From NCBI GenBank assembly GCA_965215185.1, contig OZ244034.1, positions 704,001 through 768,000 of the forward strand: a stretch of DNA of 64,000 nucleotides, written 5' to 3'. The notes under the pieces were generated by a model. The model was not told the DNA's origin and searched no databases. It saw nothing but the letters and a program-made list of their open reading frames with translations. Origin of the DNA: Acidimicrobiia bacterium (GTDB lineage Bacteria; Actinomycetota; Acidimicrobiia; Spongiisociales; ZC4RG35). The position numbers and the translations under genes are program-made. Below, piece after piece: positions 30,058-38,277 of the stretch (position 1 is the stretch's first letter; every line of letters begins with the position of its first letter).

Positions 30058-31158
30058 ATGGCCAAGGACTACTACCGGATTCTCGGGGTCGATAGCGACG
30101 CCGATTCCAACCAGATAAAGCGAGCCTTCAGAAGGCTCGCTCGGGAGACCCATCCTGACGCCAACCCCGGCGACCCTCAGGCCGAGGCGCGGTTCAGGGA
30201 AGTAGCGGAGGCCTACGAGGTTCTTTCCAACCCTGAACGCCGCCACTCCCACGACCGGGGTGAGCAGGTCGACATCTCGGGGATGTTCGGGAATCTTGAC
30301 GACCTGTTGCGGTCGGTGTTCGGTGGGTCGGGATTCTTCGGAACACCCGGAACGGCCCAAAGGTCACGTGGGCAGGACATCTTGGTGAGAATCGGACTGA
30401 GGTTGGAGGAAGCGGCCTTCGGGACCGAGACAAACGTCGAATTCAAAGCCGAAGCGGCATGTTCGACATGTGGCGGCGACGGAGTGGCGGCCGGTGCGAC
30501 AGTCCGGTCATGTCAAGGTTGTGGAGGATCGGGGATGGTGCGTTCCACCCGCTCGAGCTTTTTTGGGTCGATGGTGACCACTACCACCTGTCCCAAGTGT
30601 CGGGGAAGGGGACGAGAGACGTCGCAGGCCTGCAGTTGGTGCCACGGAGAGGGCGTCCATCCGCAGGTCCATTCACTGAAAGTGGAGATCCCGGCCGGAG
30701 TATCGGAAGGCACCCGGTTGCGCCTGAGAGGCAGGGGGGCGGCTGCGCCTCTGGGTGGGATGCCCGGCGATCTCTATGTAGAGATCGGGGTTCGCCCGGA
30801 CAGCCGGTTCGAGAGGGAAGGGGACCACCTATTCCACCGGGTCACCATCGGATTCACCGAAGCCGCCTTGGGAGTGGATGTCGATGTCCCGTTATTGGAG
30901 GGGGGAACATACCCGTTGCGCGTCCCGCCCGGCACCCAGCCTGGATGGGTCAGAAGGCTGGCGGGCTACGGGACCACCAGAATGGGCGGAAAAGCGCGGG
31001 GGGACATGCTGGTGGCGGTGGAGGTGGAAGTACCGGAAGATCTGACCGCCGAAGAAGAGGATCTTCTGCGGAAGCTTGCCGAAATGCGAGGAGAATCACC
31101 GTTGCCCCCGTCCCTTCGGAGAGACAGGCGCCGGCGATCGGCAAAGAGGAGGTCGTAG
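30058..31158 (+). CDS. dnaJ: Chaperone DnaJ
   Basis: KDYYRILGV, HPD motif, four CxxCxGxG repeats. Confidence 0.95.
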   Translation: MAKDYYRILGVDSDADSNQIKRAFRRLARETHPDANPGDPQAEARFREVAEAYEVLSNPERRHSHDRGEQVDISGMFGNLDDLLRSVFGGSGFFGTPGTAQRSRGQDILVRIGLRLEEAAFGTETNVEFKAEAACSTCGGDGVAAGATVRSCQGCGGSGMVRSTRSSFFGSMVTTTTCPKCRGRGRETSQACSWCHGEGVHPQVHSLKVEIPAGVSEGTRLRLRGRGAAAPLGGMPGDLYVEIGVRPDSRFEREGDHLFHRVTIGFTEAALGVDVDVPLLEGGTYPLRVPPGTQPGWVRRLAGYGTTRMGGKARGDMLVAVEVEVPEDLTAEEEDLLRKLAEMRGESPLPPSLRRDRRRRSAKRRS

Positions 31159-31236
31159 AGTGGGGCGGGTTGGTAGGGTTTTTTGGACACGGGGGGCACA
31201 TATAAACTCCCCATGCCATTTCGGTCGGGAGATCCA

Positions 31237-31575
31237 TTGAGTAGCGAGTGTCTTTTCTGCAAGATTGCCGACGGTTCGATTCCGGCCGGAATTGTGGCCG
31301 AAACTGAAGACGCCCTGGCCTTTCGGGACATCAACCCCCAAGCGCCCACTCATGTCCTGGTGATTCCACGGCGGCATGTCGAGTCTCTTAATGAGGTGGA
31401 CGATCCCCAGATGATGAGCGCATTGGTGAAACTGTCCCAAAGGGTCGCCGCTCAGGAGGGATTGGAGGACGGGTGGCGATGGGTTGCCAATGTGGGAAGA
31501 GATGGAGGTCAGACTGTTTTTCATCTGCATTTGCATCTCTTGGGTGGCCGACGGATGAGTTGGCCGCCGGGATGA
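31237..31575 (+). CDS. HIT family nucleotide-binding protein
   Basis: CLFCKI, AFRDINPQAPTHVLVIP, FHLHLHLLGG. Confidence 0.93.
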   Translation: MSSECLFCKIADGSIPAGIVAETEDALAFRDINPQAPTHVLVIPRRHVESLNEVDDPQMMSALVKLSQRVAAQEGLEDGWRWVANVGRDGGQTVFHLHLHLLGGRRMSWPPG

Positions 31576-31621
31576 TTCTCCCACACCGTGATGGCCTCTT
31601 GGCGTCATCGGTCCCGTATAG

Positions 31622-32635
31622 ATGAGCACTGAGGCCATACACCGAGAAGTAGTGGTGTCCAGCCAGCACCTGTTACGGGACTTGCTGGGCGCCAGCGACT
31701 CCCACTTTCGGGTACTGCAGGAATCCTTTCCCCTGGTGCAGATGGTGGCGCGGGGCGCCAACGTGTCCCTGCGGGGGCCATCGGAGGAGGTGGGTCTGGC
31801 GGAGTCGGTGGTCAAGGAACTCCTCTTGCTGGTGCAGGAAGGCACCTCTTTGGACGGTCGTGTCGGCTCGGTGGTGCAGATGGTGCGCGAGGAACTTCCC
31901 GATCCGGCCGGAGTTTTGAGCCAGACCCTGTCGTTGGGGCGCGGCAGACTGGTGAGGGTCAAGACCCATCGCCAGTTGCGCTACGTGCAATCCATCCGGG
32001 AAAGCACGGCCACCTTTGCGGTCGGGCCGGCCGGCACGGGTAAGACCTATCTGGCGATGGCGGCGGCGGTGGAGGCTTTGGTGCAGGGTAATTGCCGAAG
32101 AATCGTTCTCACCCGCCCAGCAGTGGAGGCAGGAGAGCGACTCGGCTTTCTCCCCGGGGATCTTACCGCCAAGGTCGACCCTTATCTGCGTCCTCTCTAT
32201 GACGCATTGTGGGACATGCTTGGTCATGATGAGACTGCTCGCTTGATTGAGCGGGGAACCATCGAGATCGCGCCGCTCGCCTATATGAGGGGACGCACTC
32301 TCAACGATGCCTGCGTGATCCTCGATGAGGCGCAGAACACCTCTCCCGAGCAGATGAAGATGTTCTTGACCAGGTTGGGCTTCAACTCCAAGATGATCAT
32401 CACCGGCGATCTCACCCAGACCGACCTACCTTCGGGACGATCATCAGGTCTGAGCGTGGTCCGCCGGATCCTCCGCGACATTCCGGGAGTGGCGTTCGTG
32501 GAACTTACCAGCCGGGACGTGGTGCGTCACCGGGTGGTTGCCGACATTATCGATGCCTATCAACGCTACGAGGATGCCGACTCCTCGGGCGCCCAGCAGG
32601 TTTCGAGAAGAGAGAACCATGCACGCCCAAGGTAA
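31622..32635 (+). CDS. phoH: PhoH family ATPase
   Basis: GPAGTGKTYLA, RPAVEAGERLGFLPG, MRGRTL, DEAQN. Confidence 0.95.
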   Translation: MSTEAIHREVVVSSQHLLRDLLGASDSHFRVLQESFPLVQMVARGANVSLRGPSEEVGLAESVVKELLLLVQEGTSLDGRVGSVVQMVREELPDPAGVLSQTLSLGRGRLVRVKTHRQLRYVQSIRESTATFAVGPAGTGKTYLAMAAAVEALVQGNCRRIVLTRPAVEAGERLGFLPGDLTAKVDPYLRPLYDALWDMLGHDETARLIERGTIEIAPLAYMRGRTLNDACVILDEAQNTSPEQMKMFLTRLGFNSKMIITGDLTQTDLPSGRSSGLSVVRRILRDIPGVAFVELTSRDVVRHRVVADIIDAYQRYEDADSSGAQQVSRRENHARPR

Positions 32636-35405
32636 TGGCACTTCCCCACGGTGGGATCAGCCGCTGGTCCGCGGATTGGTGCTGGTGTCTACGGTGGTAC
32701 TGGCCTGGGCAATCCTGACCATCGGGGCGGCCAGTGGAGAAGTGGATCTACGAGAAGGTGAACTGGCGACTCGAAACTATATTGCTCAGCGTTCCAACGA
32801 GGTGGTGGATCAAAACGCCACCCAGGCCCTGCAGGATGCGGCCGCCGAACAGGTTGAGAGTGTGACCAGTCGGGATGAAAGCATGGAACAACAGGTCAAT
32901 AGGGACCTTTCCGAATTGTTCGCGGCGGTGAGAAGCGGGGTGCTCTCACCTGCGCCGGAGTGGGTGGAAACGCTTTCTCTCCCGCCCACCAGCACCACGA
33001 CCACCACAACACCCACCACCGCTTCGACTCCCACCGCCGAACCGAGCACTACCACCTCAAGCCTCACCACTGTCACGGAACCGGCTTCGTCCACCGAAGG
33101 GGAGGATGATTCTGCCACACCCACCGATGGCGAACCTGAAACTGGTGCCGAAGGAGAGAGCGAGGGTGAAGCGCCCGTCACCACCGCTGCGCCCACCACC
33201 GCCGCCCCTTCGACCACTGAGGCCCCTCCCGAATCATTGGTGAGCACTCCGCTCCCCCCGGCCAGAGTTACCCTCACCGGCCGGGTCTTTTTGGATTTCG
33301 ACTCCGACGGTGCGATCACCGAGTCGGGGACCTATCCGGAGGTGGGGTTGGAGTTGATGACGGTGAGGGCTATTTCACCTTTCGGCGAGGGTTATGACAC
33401 CTTCACCCAGTCCAACGGTGATTTCAGCTTGGAGGTGCCCGAAGGGGTGTGGGAAGTGGTGGTGGACAGTCAGGACGCTGATCTTCCCCCGGGCTTCACG
33501 ATTTACTTACCCAGCCGGAGCCAACAGGTGGTGTGCTTGGGAGCGGACGCGGAATGTCCGGTCGACCCGGTTCCCTTCCTTCCGTTGATCCGGCCCATCC
33601 AGTTGCAGAACCAAGAGATTCTCCGGTCCTATCCCCAGTTGAACACGAGTTCGGTGGCCACCCTGGTGGAAGTTGCCGCAGACGACGTGATCCGCCAAGT
33701 GTCGGGGATTGCCCCCGGACTGGTGGAAATCGAGCGGGCCGCTCTCACCTTGATGGTGGATTCTTTCGCCGATGAGATCAAGAGCGAGGATCTGCTGTCC
33801 GCCCAGAGCAGCATCCTCTCCGACCCGCCCGTGGTGTTTATCGACGATGCCCGCAATCCGACTGCCGGTGAGACGGCCGCTGATATCGCCGCTTCCTTCC
33901 TGAGGCCCAATTCGTTATTCGACACCGGCGCCACTGCGGAATTGCGCCAGGAGGCCCGCGAGGCGCAGGAAGCGGTGACAGTCTCATTCCGATCTGGCCA
34001 GCCCATCATCGACGAAGGACAGCCGCTGACCCGGCTAGCCATCGATGCCATCTCCCAGACCGGCGCGGCCACCGGCAGACCCGCGCAGGAGGCGGGAGTG
34101 TTGGTGGTGTTGGGAGCGGTAGTGGCGGTCCTGTCCCTGTATCTGTACCGATTCCGGCTCGATCTGTGGGAACGTGTTCAACTCATAACTCTTTTCGGAC
34201 TGCTGACGGTGCTCGCCGCCGGCGCTGTCAGGGGCGCCACCTTCATAGGGGATGTCTTCGGCTACGAGGTGGGTATCTATGTGCTACCGGCGGTGGCTTT
34301 CGGGTACTTTGCAGCCGTCCTGCTGGACAACCGGGTTGGAATCCTTATGGCGGTGGCTCTGGCGGTGATTACCGCGGTGGGGACCCGAGACGCGGGCGCC
34401 ACCACCTACGCCCTGCTGGCCACCCTGGCTCCGGTGGGGTTTGTCTCCGCCGCTTCCAGCCGCCGGGCCTTCCGCAACTCGGTGGCCGTCTCGGCGGCGT
34501 CTTTGGCGGTGATCGCCGCGGCCACCGCCTGGATTTTCCACACCAGCATCGCCCAAGCCCCAGGGGGCATCATGCTGCAGGCCGGGGTATTGGCCTTCGC
34601 TTCTTCCCTGATCGCCGCGCTGGTGGCGCTGGCGGCCATGTCCTTCTTCGAGAGCATTTTCGATGTGACCACTACTCTGCGGCTGCTGGATCTCACCGAC
34701 CGAAACCACGAGGCCCTGCAACTGCTACAGGAAAAGGCCTTCGGAACATTCAACCATTCCTTAATGGTTGGGACTCTGGCCAGCGCCGCGGCCACCGCCA
34801 TCGGCGCCAATAATCTTCTGGCCCGGGCGGCCGCCTATTACCACGATTTGGGTAAGACCGAGAACCCCCAGTTCTTCATCGAAAACCAGTTCGGAACGAT
34901 CAACCCTCATGATCAGATGCCTCCCGAGCAATCCGCGGAGGTTATTCGCCGTCATGTCATCGATGGGATGAATCTGGCCACGCGCTATCGGATTCCCTCG
35001 GCGGTTACCGAGGGAATCGTTACCCATCACGGCACAGGAATAATCCGTTTTTTCTATGACAAGGCGCTGGGCGTTTACGGGGAGGAACAGGTCAACGTGG
35101 ACGACTATCGGCATGTGGGGGAAAAACCCCGATCTAGGGAGATGGCCATTGTGATGCTGGCCGATGGGGTGGAGGGGGCGTGTCGAGCCGCTTTCCAGAC
35201 GGGTTATGGGGAAGGAGCACCCCCCGAACCGACGCTGCAAGCCATCGGCTCGGTTATAGACGGGATCATCCGCGAAAAGATGTCCGACTTTCAATTGAAC
35301 GAGGCCTCTCTCACTTTTGCTGAGCTTCAATCCATTCGCAATGCCTTCGTGGAGGCCATGTCAGGCCACTACCATCAGCGCATCAAGTACCCCAACTTCC
35401 CTTGA
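32619..35405 (+). CDS. 7TM-HDIG membrane phosphohydrolase (PgpH-like) with an expanded extracellular region
   Basis: N-terminal TM, extracellular domain, multiple TM helices, GTFNHS, YYHDLGK, FFIENQ, HHGT, MLADGVE; conserved phoH-HD-ybeY context. Confidence 0.9.
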   Translation: MHAQGNGTSPRWDQPLVRGLVLVSTVVLAWAILTIGAASGEVDLREGELATRNYIAQRSNEVVDQNATQALQDAAAEQVESVTSRDESMEQQVNRDLSELFAAVRSGVLSPAPEWVETLSLPPTSTTTTTTPTTASTPTAEPSTTTSSLTTVTEPASSTEGEDDSATPTDGEPETGAEGESEGEAPVTTAAPTTAAPSTTEAPPESLVSTPLPPARVTLTGRVFLDFDSDGAITESGTYPEVGLELMTVRAISPFGEGYDTFTQSNGDFSLEVPEGVWEVVVDSQDADLPPGFTIYLPSRSQQVVCLGADAECPVDPVPFLPLIRPIQLQNQEILRSYPQLNTSSVATLVEVAADDVIRQVSGIAPGLVEIERAALTLMVDSFADEIKSEDLLSAQSSILSDPPVVFIDDARNPTAGETAADIAASFLRPNSLFDTGATAELRQEAREAQEAVTVSFRSGQPIIDEGQPLTRLAIDAISQTGAATGRPAQEAGVLVVLGAVVAVLSLYLYRFRLDLWERVQLITLFGLLTVLAAGAVRGATFIGDVFGYEVGIYVLPAVAFGYFAAVLLDNRVGILMAVALAVITAVGTRDAGATTYALLATLAPVGFVSAASSRRAFRNSVAVSAASLAVIAAATAWIFHTSIAQAPGGIMLQAGVLAFASSLIAALVALAAMSFFESIFDVTTTLRLLDLTDRNHEALQLLQEKAFGTFNHSLMVGTLASAAATAIGANNLLARAAAYYHDLGKTENPQFFIENQFGTINPHDQMPPEQSAEVIRRHVIDGMNLATRYRIPSAVTEGIVTHHGTGIIRFFYDKALGVYGEEQVNVDDYRHVGEKPRSREMAIVMLADGVEGACRAAFQTGYGEGAPPEPTLQAIGSVIDGIIREKMSDFQLNEASLTFAELQSIRNAFVEAMSGHYHQRIKYPNFP
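32981..33260 (+). repeat. Low-complexity Thr/Pro/Ser/Glu coding tract including TTAAP x2
   Basis: PPTSTTTTTTPTTASTPTAEPSTTTSS...PVTTAAPTTAAPSTTEAPP. Confidence 0.8.
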
Positions 35406-35467
35406 ATGGAAGAGCCTTCATCTATCAGTCCAGAAGAACCTTCTGATCCGATCCGCAAGGTTCTCCG

Positions 35468-35935
35468 ATGAACGTGCAGGTCATCGACGAGCAGCATTCA
35501 ACGGTGGATCTGGATCTTCTGGGACGTTTGGCTTCCGCGGTGTTGGTCGAGGAGGGATACGGGCCCGGTTGCATGGTGGATGTAACGCTGGTGGGGGACG
35601 ACCGCATGATGGAGATGAACCTTCGGCATCTCGGCCGTGGCGGTCCTACCGACGTGTTGGCGCTTCCCCTACAGGAGATTGAACCGGGGGACCGGCCATC
35701 TGCGGCGTCCCAGGACGGACCGCCTTTGCACTTGGGGGATGTAGTGATCGCTCCCGACTATGTGAGCCGCCAGTCGGCGCGCCATGGAACAGAATTCTCA
35801 GAGGAGATGGGGCTGATGGTGGTGCACGGGCTTCTACATCTGTTGGGTTATCGCCATGACTCCGACCAGCAAACCATCATCATGGAAGAGCGGGAACGCC
35901 GCTACTTGGCTAATGAGGGACTGAGGAGACGATGA
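35468..35935 (+). CDS. ybeY: rRNA maturation endoribonuclease
   Basis: PTDVLA, LGDVVI, HGLLHLLGYRH. Confidence 0.95.
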   Translation: MNVQVIDEQHSTVDLDLLGRLASAVLVEEGYGPGCMVDVTLVGDDRMMEMNLRHLGRGGPTDVLALPLQEIEPGDRPSAASQDGPPLHLGDVVIAPDYVSRQSARHGTEFSEEMGLMVVHGLLHLLGYRHDSDQQTIIMEERERRYLANEGLRRR

Positions 35936-37116
35936 TCTTGATCTGGGTGGGAGCAGGGTTGTTGGTGAGCGCCTGTCTGCTGCTCGCGGGGCTGGGGGCC
36001 TTGGCCGTCATGGACCGGGCGGGGGAAGCACAGGCAGCGGCCGAAGGGCTTCGCCGTGCAGATCGGCACAACCGCATCCTGGGACGCGATCAATGGATGG
36101 TTCTTGCAGGGTGGCGGATGGAGGCGGCTATCACCATTGTGGCGGTGGCACTGATGACGGCGGGGCTTTCCTCCATCGGTTTGGCGGGCTGGGCGGCGGC
36201 GAGTTGGGCAGTGGCGATCACCCTCGGATGCCGACTAGTTGCCGGGTTGATAGGCCGTCGATGGGAAAGCGCAGAGCGGATTATCGGATTGGCGGAGATG
36301 GCTGCTCGAATGCACTACCGGCTGTGGGGACTGAGGTCCCCACTTGACTTCGACACCGCTGACTCCGAGGAACAAAACCACTCGGAGGAAAAAGAAATGA
36401 TCTCCTCGGTACTGGAGTTCTCCGAGACCATCGTAAGGGAGGTCATGGTCCCTCGCCCCGACATGGTGACCGTCCGAGCGGATGCCGGGTTGGATGAGTT
36501 GGCTGAGATAGTCAAGGAGTATGGCTTCTCCCGCTTTCCCGTTCTAGATGGCGGCATCGACCGCGTGGTGGGAATGGCGTTGGCCAAGGACTTGATTTCT
36601 GTCCTGGTAGGGGGCGAAAGCGACGCCACCGTGGCCGACATAAAGAGGAATCCTCTCTACATTCCAGAGACCAAGGCGGTCTCCGACTTGTTGCGGGAGA
36701 TGCGGCGCAACGGTGAACACATGGCGGTGGTGATCGACGAGCATGGCGGTACGGCAGGTCTGGTGACAATCGAGGATCTGTTGGAGGAGTTGGTGGGGGA
36801 GATCGTGGATGAGCACGATGAGGAGGACGAGTGGGTCCGGGCGGAAGAGGGAGGCGTGTGGTTTGTGGATGGACGGTTCCCGGTGGATGATCTGGGCGAT
36901 CTGTTGGGGGTTACCTTGCCTCAGGAGGACTGGGACACGGTGGGGGGTTTGGTATTGGCCTTGGCCGGCCGAGTCCCGAAAGTGGGGGAGACCCTGGCCA
37001 CCGAAGGCGTGGACTTCATGGTCAAAGAGGTCCTTGGGCATCGGGTATCGGAGTTGAGGGTGCATCGGAGTGGGGAGACTGCGGGGGGAGAGGTTAGAGC
37101 CGCGGCCGCCGGGTAG
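35932..37116 (+). CDS. HlyC/CorC family CBS-domain membrane protein
   Basis: N-terminal TM segments, VREVMVPRPDM, FSRFPV, DEHGGTAGLVTIEDLLEELVGEI, CorC-like C-terminus. Confidence 0.9.
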   Translation: MILIWVGAGLLVSACLLLAGLGALAVMDRAGEAQAAAEGLRRADRHNRILGRDQWMVLAGWRMEAAITIVAVALMTAGLSSIGLAGWAAASWAVAITLGCRLVAGLIGRRWESAERIIGLAEMAARMHYRLWGLRSPLDFDTADSEEQNHSEEKEMISSVLEFSETIVREVMVPRPDMVTVRADAGLDELAEIVKEYGFSRFPVLDGGIDRVVGMALAKDLISVLVGGESDATVADIKRNPLYIPETKAVSDLLREMRRNGEHMAVVIDEHGGTAGLVTIEDLLEELVGEIVDEHDEEDEWVRAEEGGVWFVDGRFPVDDLGDLLGVTLPQEDWDTVGGLVLALAGRVPKVGETLATEGVDFMVKEVLGHRVSELRVHRSGETAGGEVRAAAAG

Positions 37117-37144
37117 GCGGGCCGGCAGATCAGCGGTGACGATC

Positions 37145-38032
37145 ATGAGGTCGGGGTTCGTGTCGGTAGTGGGGCGACCCAATGTCGGCAAGTCGACATT
37201 GGTGAACGCTTTGGTGGGCCAAAAGGTGGCAATCACCTCACAACGGCCACAGACCACCCGCAACACCATCCGGGGTGTGGTCACCGATTCCGATGCAGAC
37301 CCACCCACATGGCAGATGGTACTGGTGGATACCCCCGGTCTGCACAAGCCTCGAAATGAACTGGGTGATCGCCTCAACCGGCTGGTGTATGGAGCCTTGG
37401 CGGATTCGGATGTCATCGCCTTTTTGGTGGACGCCCGCCAATCCATTGGCCCTGGGGACCGCAGGATCGCCGAGCGCCTGGCCAAGGATCGCTCCAAGGT
37501 GGTGGTTCTGGTCAACAAGACGGACCGGTTCTCCAAGGAAAAGATCGCCTCATGCCTGATGGAGGCGGCCCTGTGGGATTTTGCCGCCTACGTGCCGATC
37601 AGCGCTTTGCGCGGGGACAACCTCAAAGCGGCGGCCTCCGAGCTGTGCAGCCGCCTGCCAGAGGGTCCGATGTATTTTCCTCCAGGCGTGATCAGTGATC
37701 AGCCCGACTCCTTCTATGCCTCCGAGGTGATCCGGGAGAAATTCCTGGCCGGACTACGCCAAGAACTCCCGCATTCCCTTTTGGTGGCGGTGGAGGATTT
37801 CCACTATCGCCACGATGGGCTGGTGACAGTTGAGGCCAAGCTGGTGGTGGAGAGCAATTCGCAGAAGGGGATCGTAATCGGCAAGGGTGGGGCCCGGCTG
37901 CAGGGTGCGGGAAGCGCGGCGCGCCGGGAGTTGGAGTCCTTCTTTGGGGCCAAAGTATATCTGGATCTGCGGGTTGTGGTGGAAAAGAAGTGGCAACGCC
38001 AGCCGGTGCTCCTCGACCGCTTCGGGTTCTAA
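37145..38032 (+). CDS. era: GTPase Era
   Basis: GRPNVGKST, PQTTRN, DTPG, NKTD, KH-domain GIVIGKGG. Confidence 0.96.
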   Translation: MRSGFVSVVGRPNVGKSTLVNALVGQKVAITSQRPQTTRNTIRGVVTDSDADPPTWQMVLVDTPGLHKPRNELGDRLNRLVYGALADSDVIAFLVDARQSIGPGDRRIAERLAKDRSKVVVLVNKTDRFSKEKIASCLMEAALWDFAAYVPISALRGDNLKAAASELCSRLPEGPMYFPPGVISDQPDSFYASEVIREKFLAGLRQELPHSLLVAVEDFHYRHDGLVTVEAKLVVESNSQKGIVIGKGGARLQGAGSAARRELESFFGAKVYLDLRVVVEKKWQRQPVLLDRFGF

Positions 38033-38277
38033 AAGCGCCTGGAGCGTTAGTGGGCCGCCATTGCGGTATGGTGGGTGGATGGGCTCCTCCCAGTTAATGG
38101 CGTCCGATTCTGACCGCGTTATCGCCGTAAGGGTTGACTTACGTTGTTGACGGGGCGCCAATCAAAGCCCCCTCGGGGGAGCGGTCCACCAACGGTGCAG
38201 CCCGTTTGACCGACCAGGGACGGTCACCCAAAACGCTGGCGGATGGAGACATTTGTTGATAATCTAGGACGGGCATC

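Noticed and set aside
32981-33230. A/C-rich tract resembling the A/C side of the tuf switch
   Set aside because: Explained by Thr/Pro codons (ACN/CCN); wobble positions include G and T.
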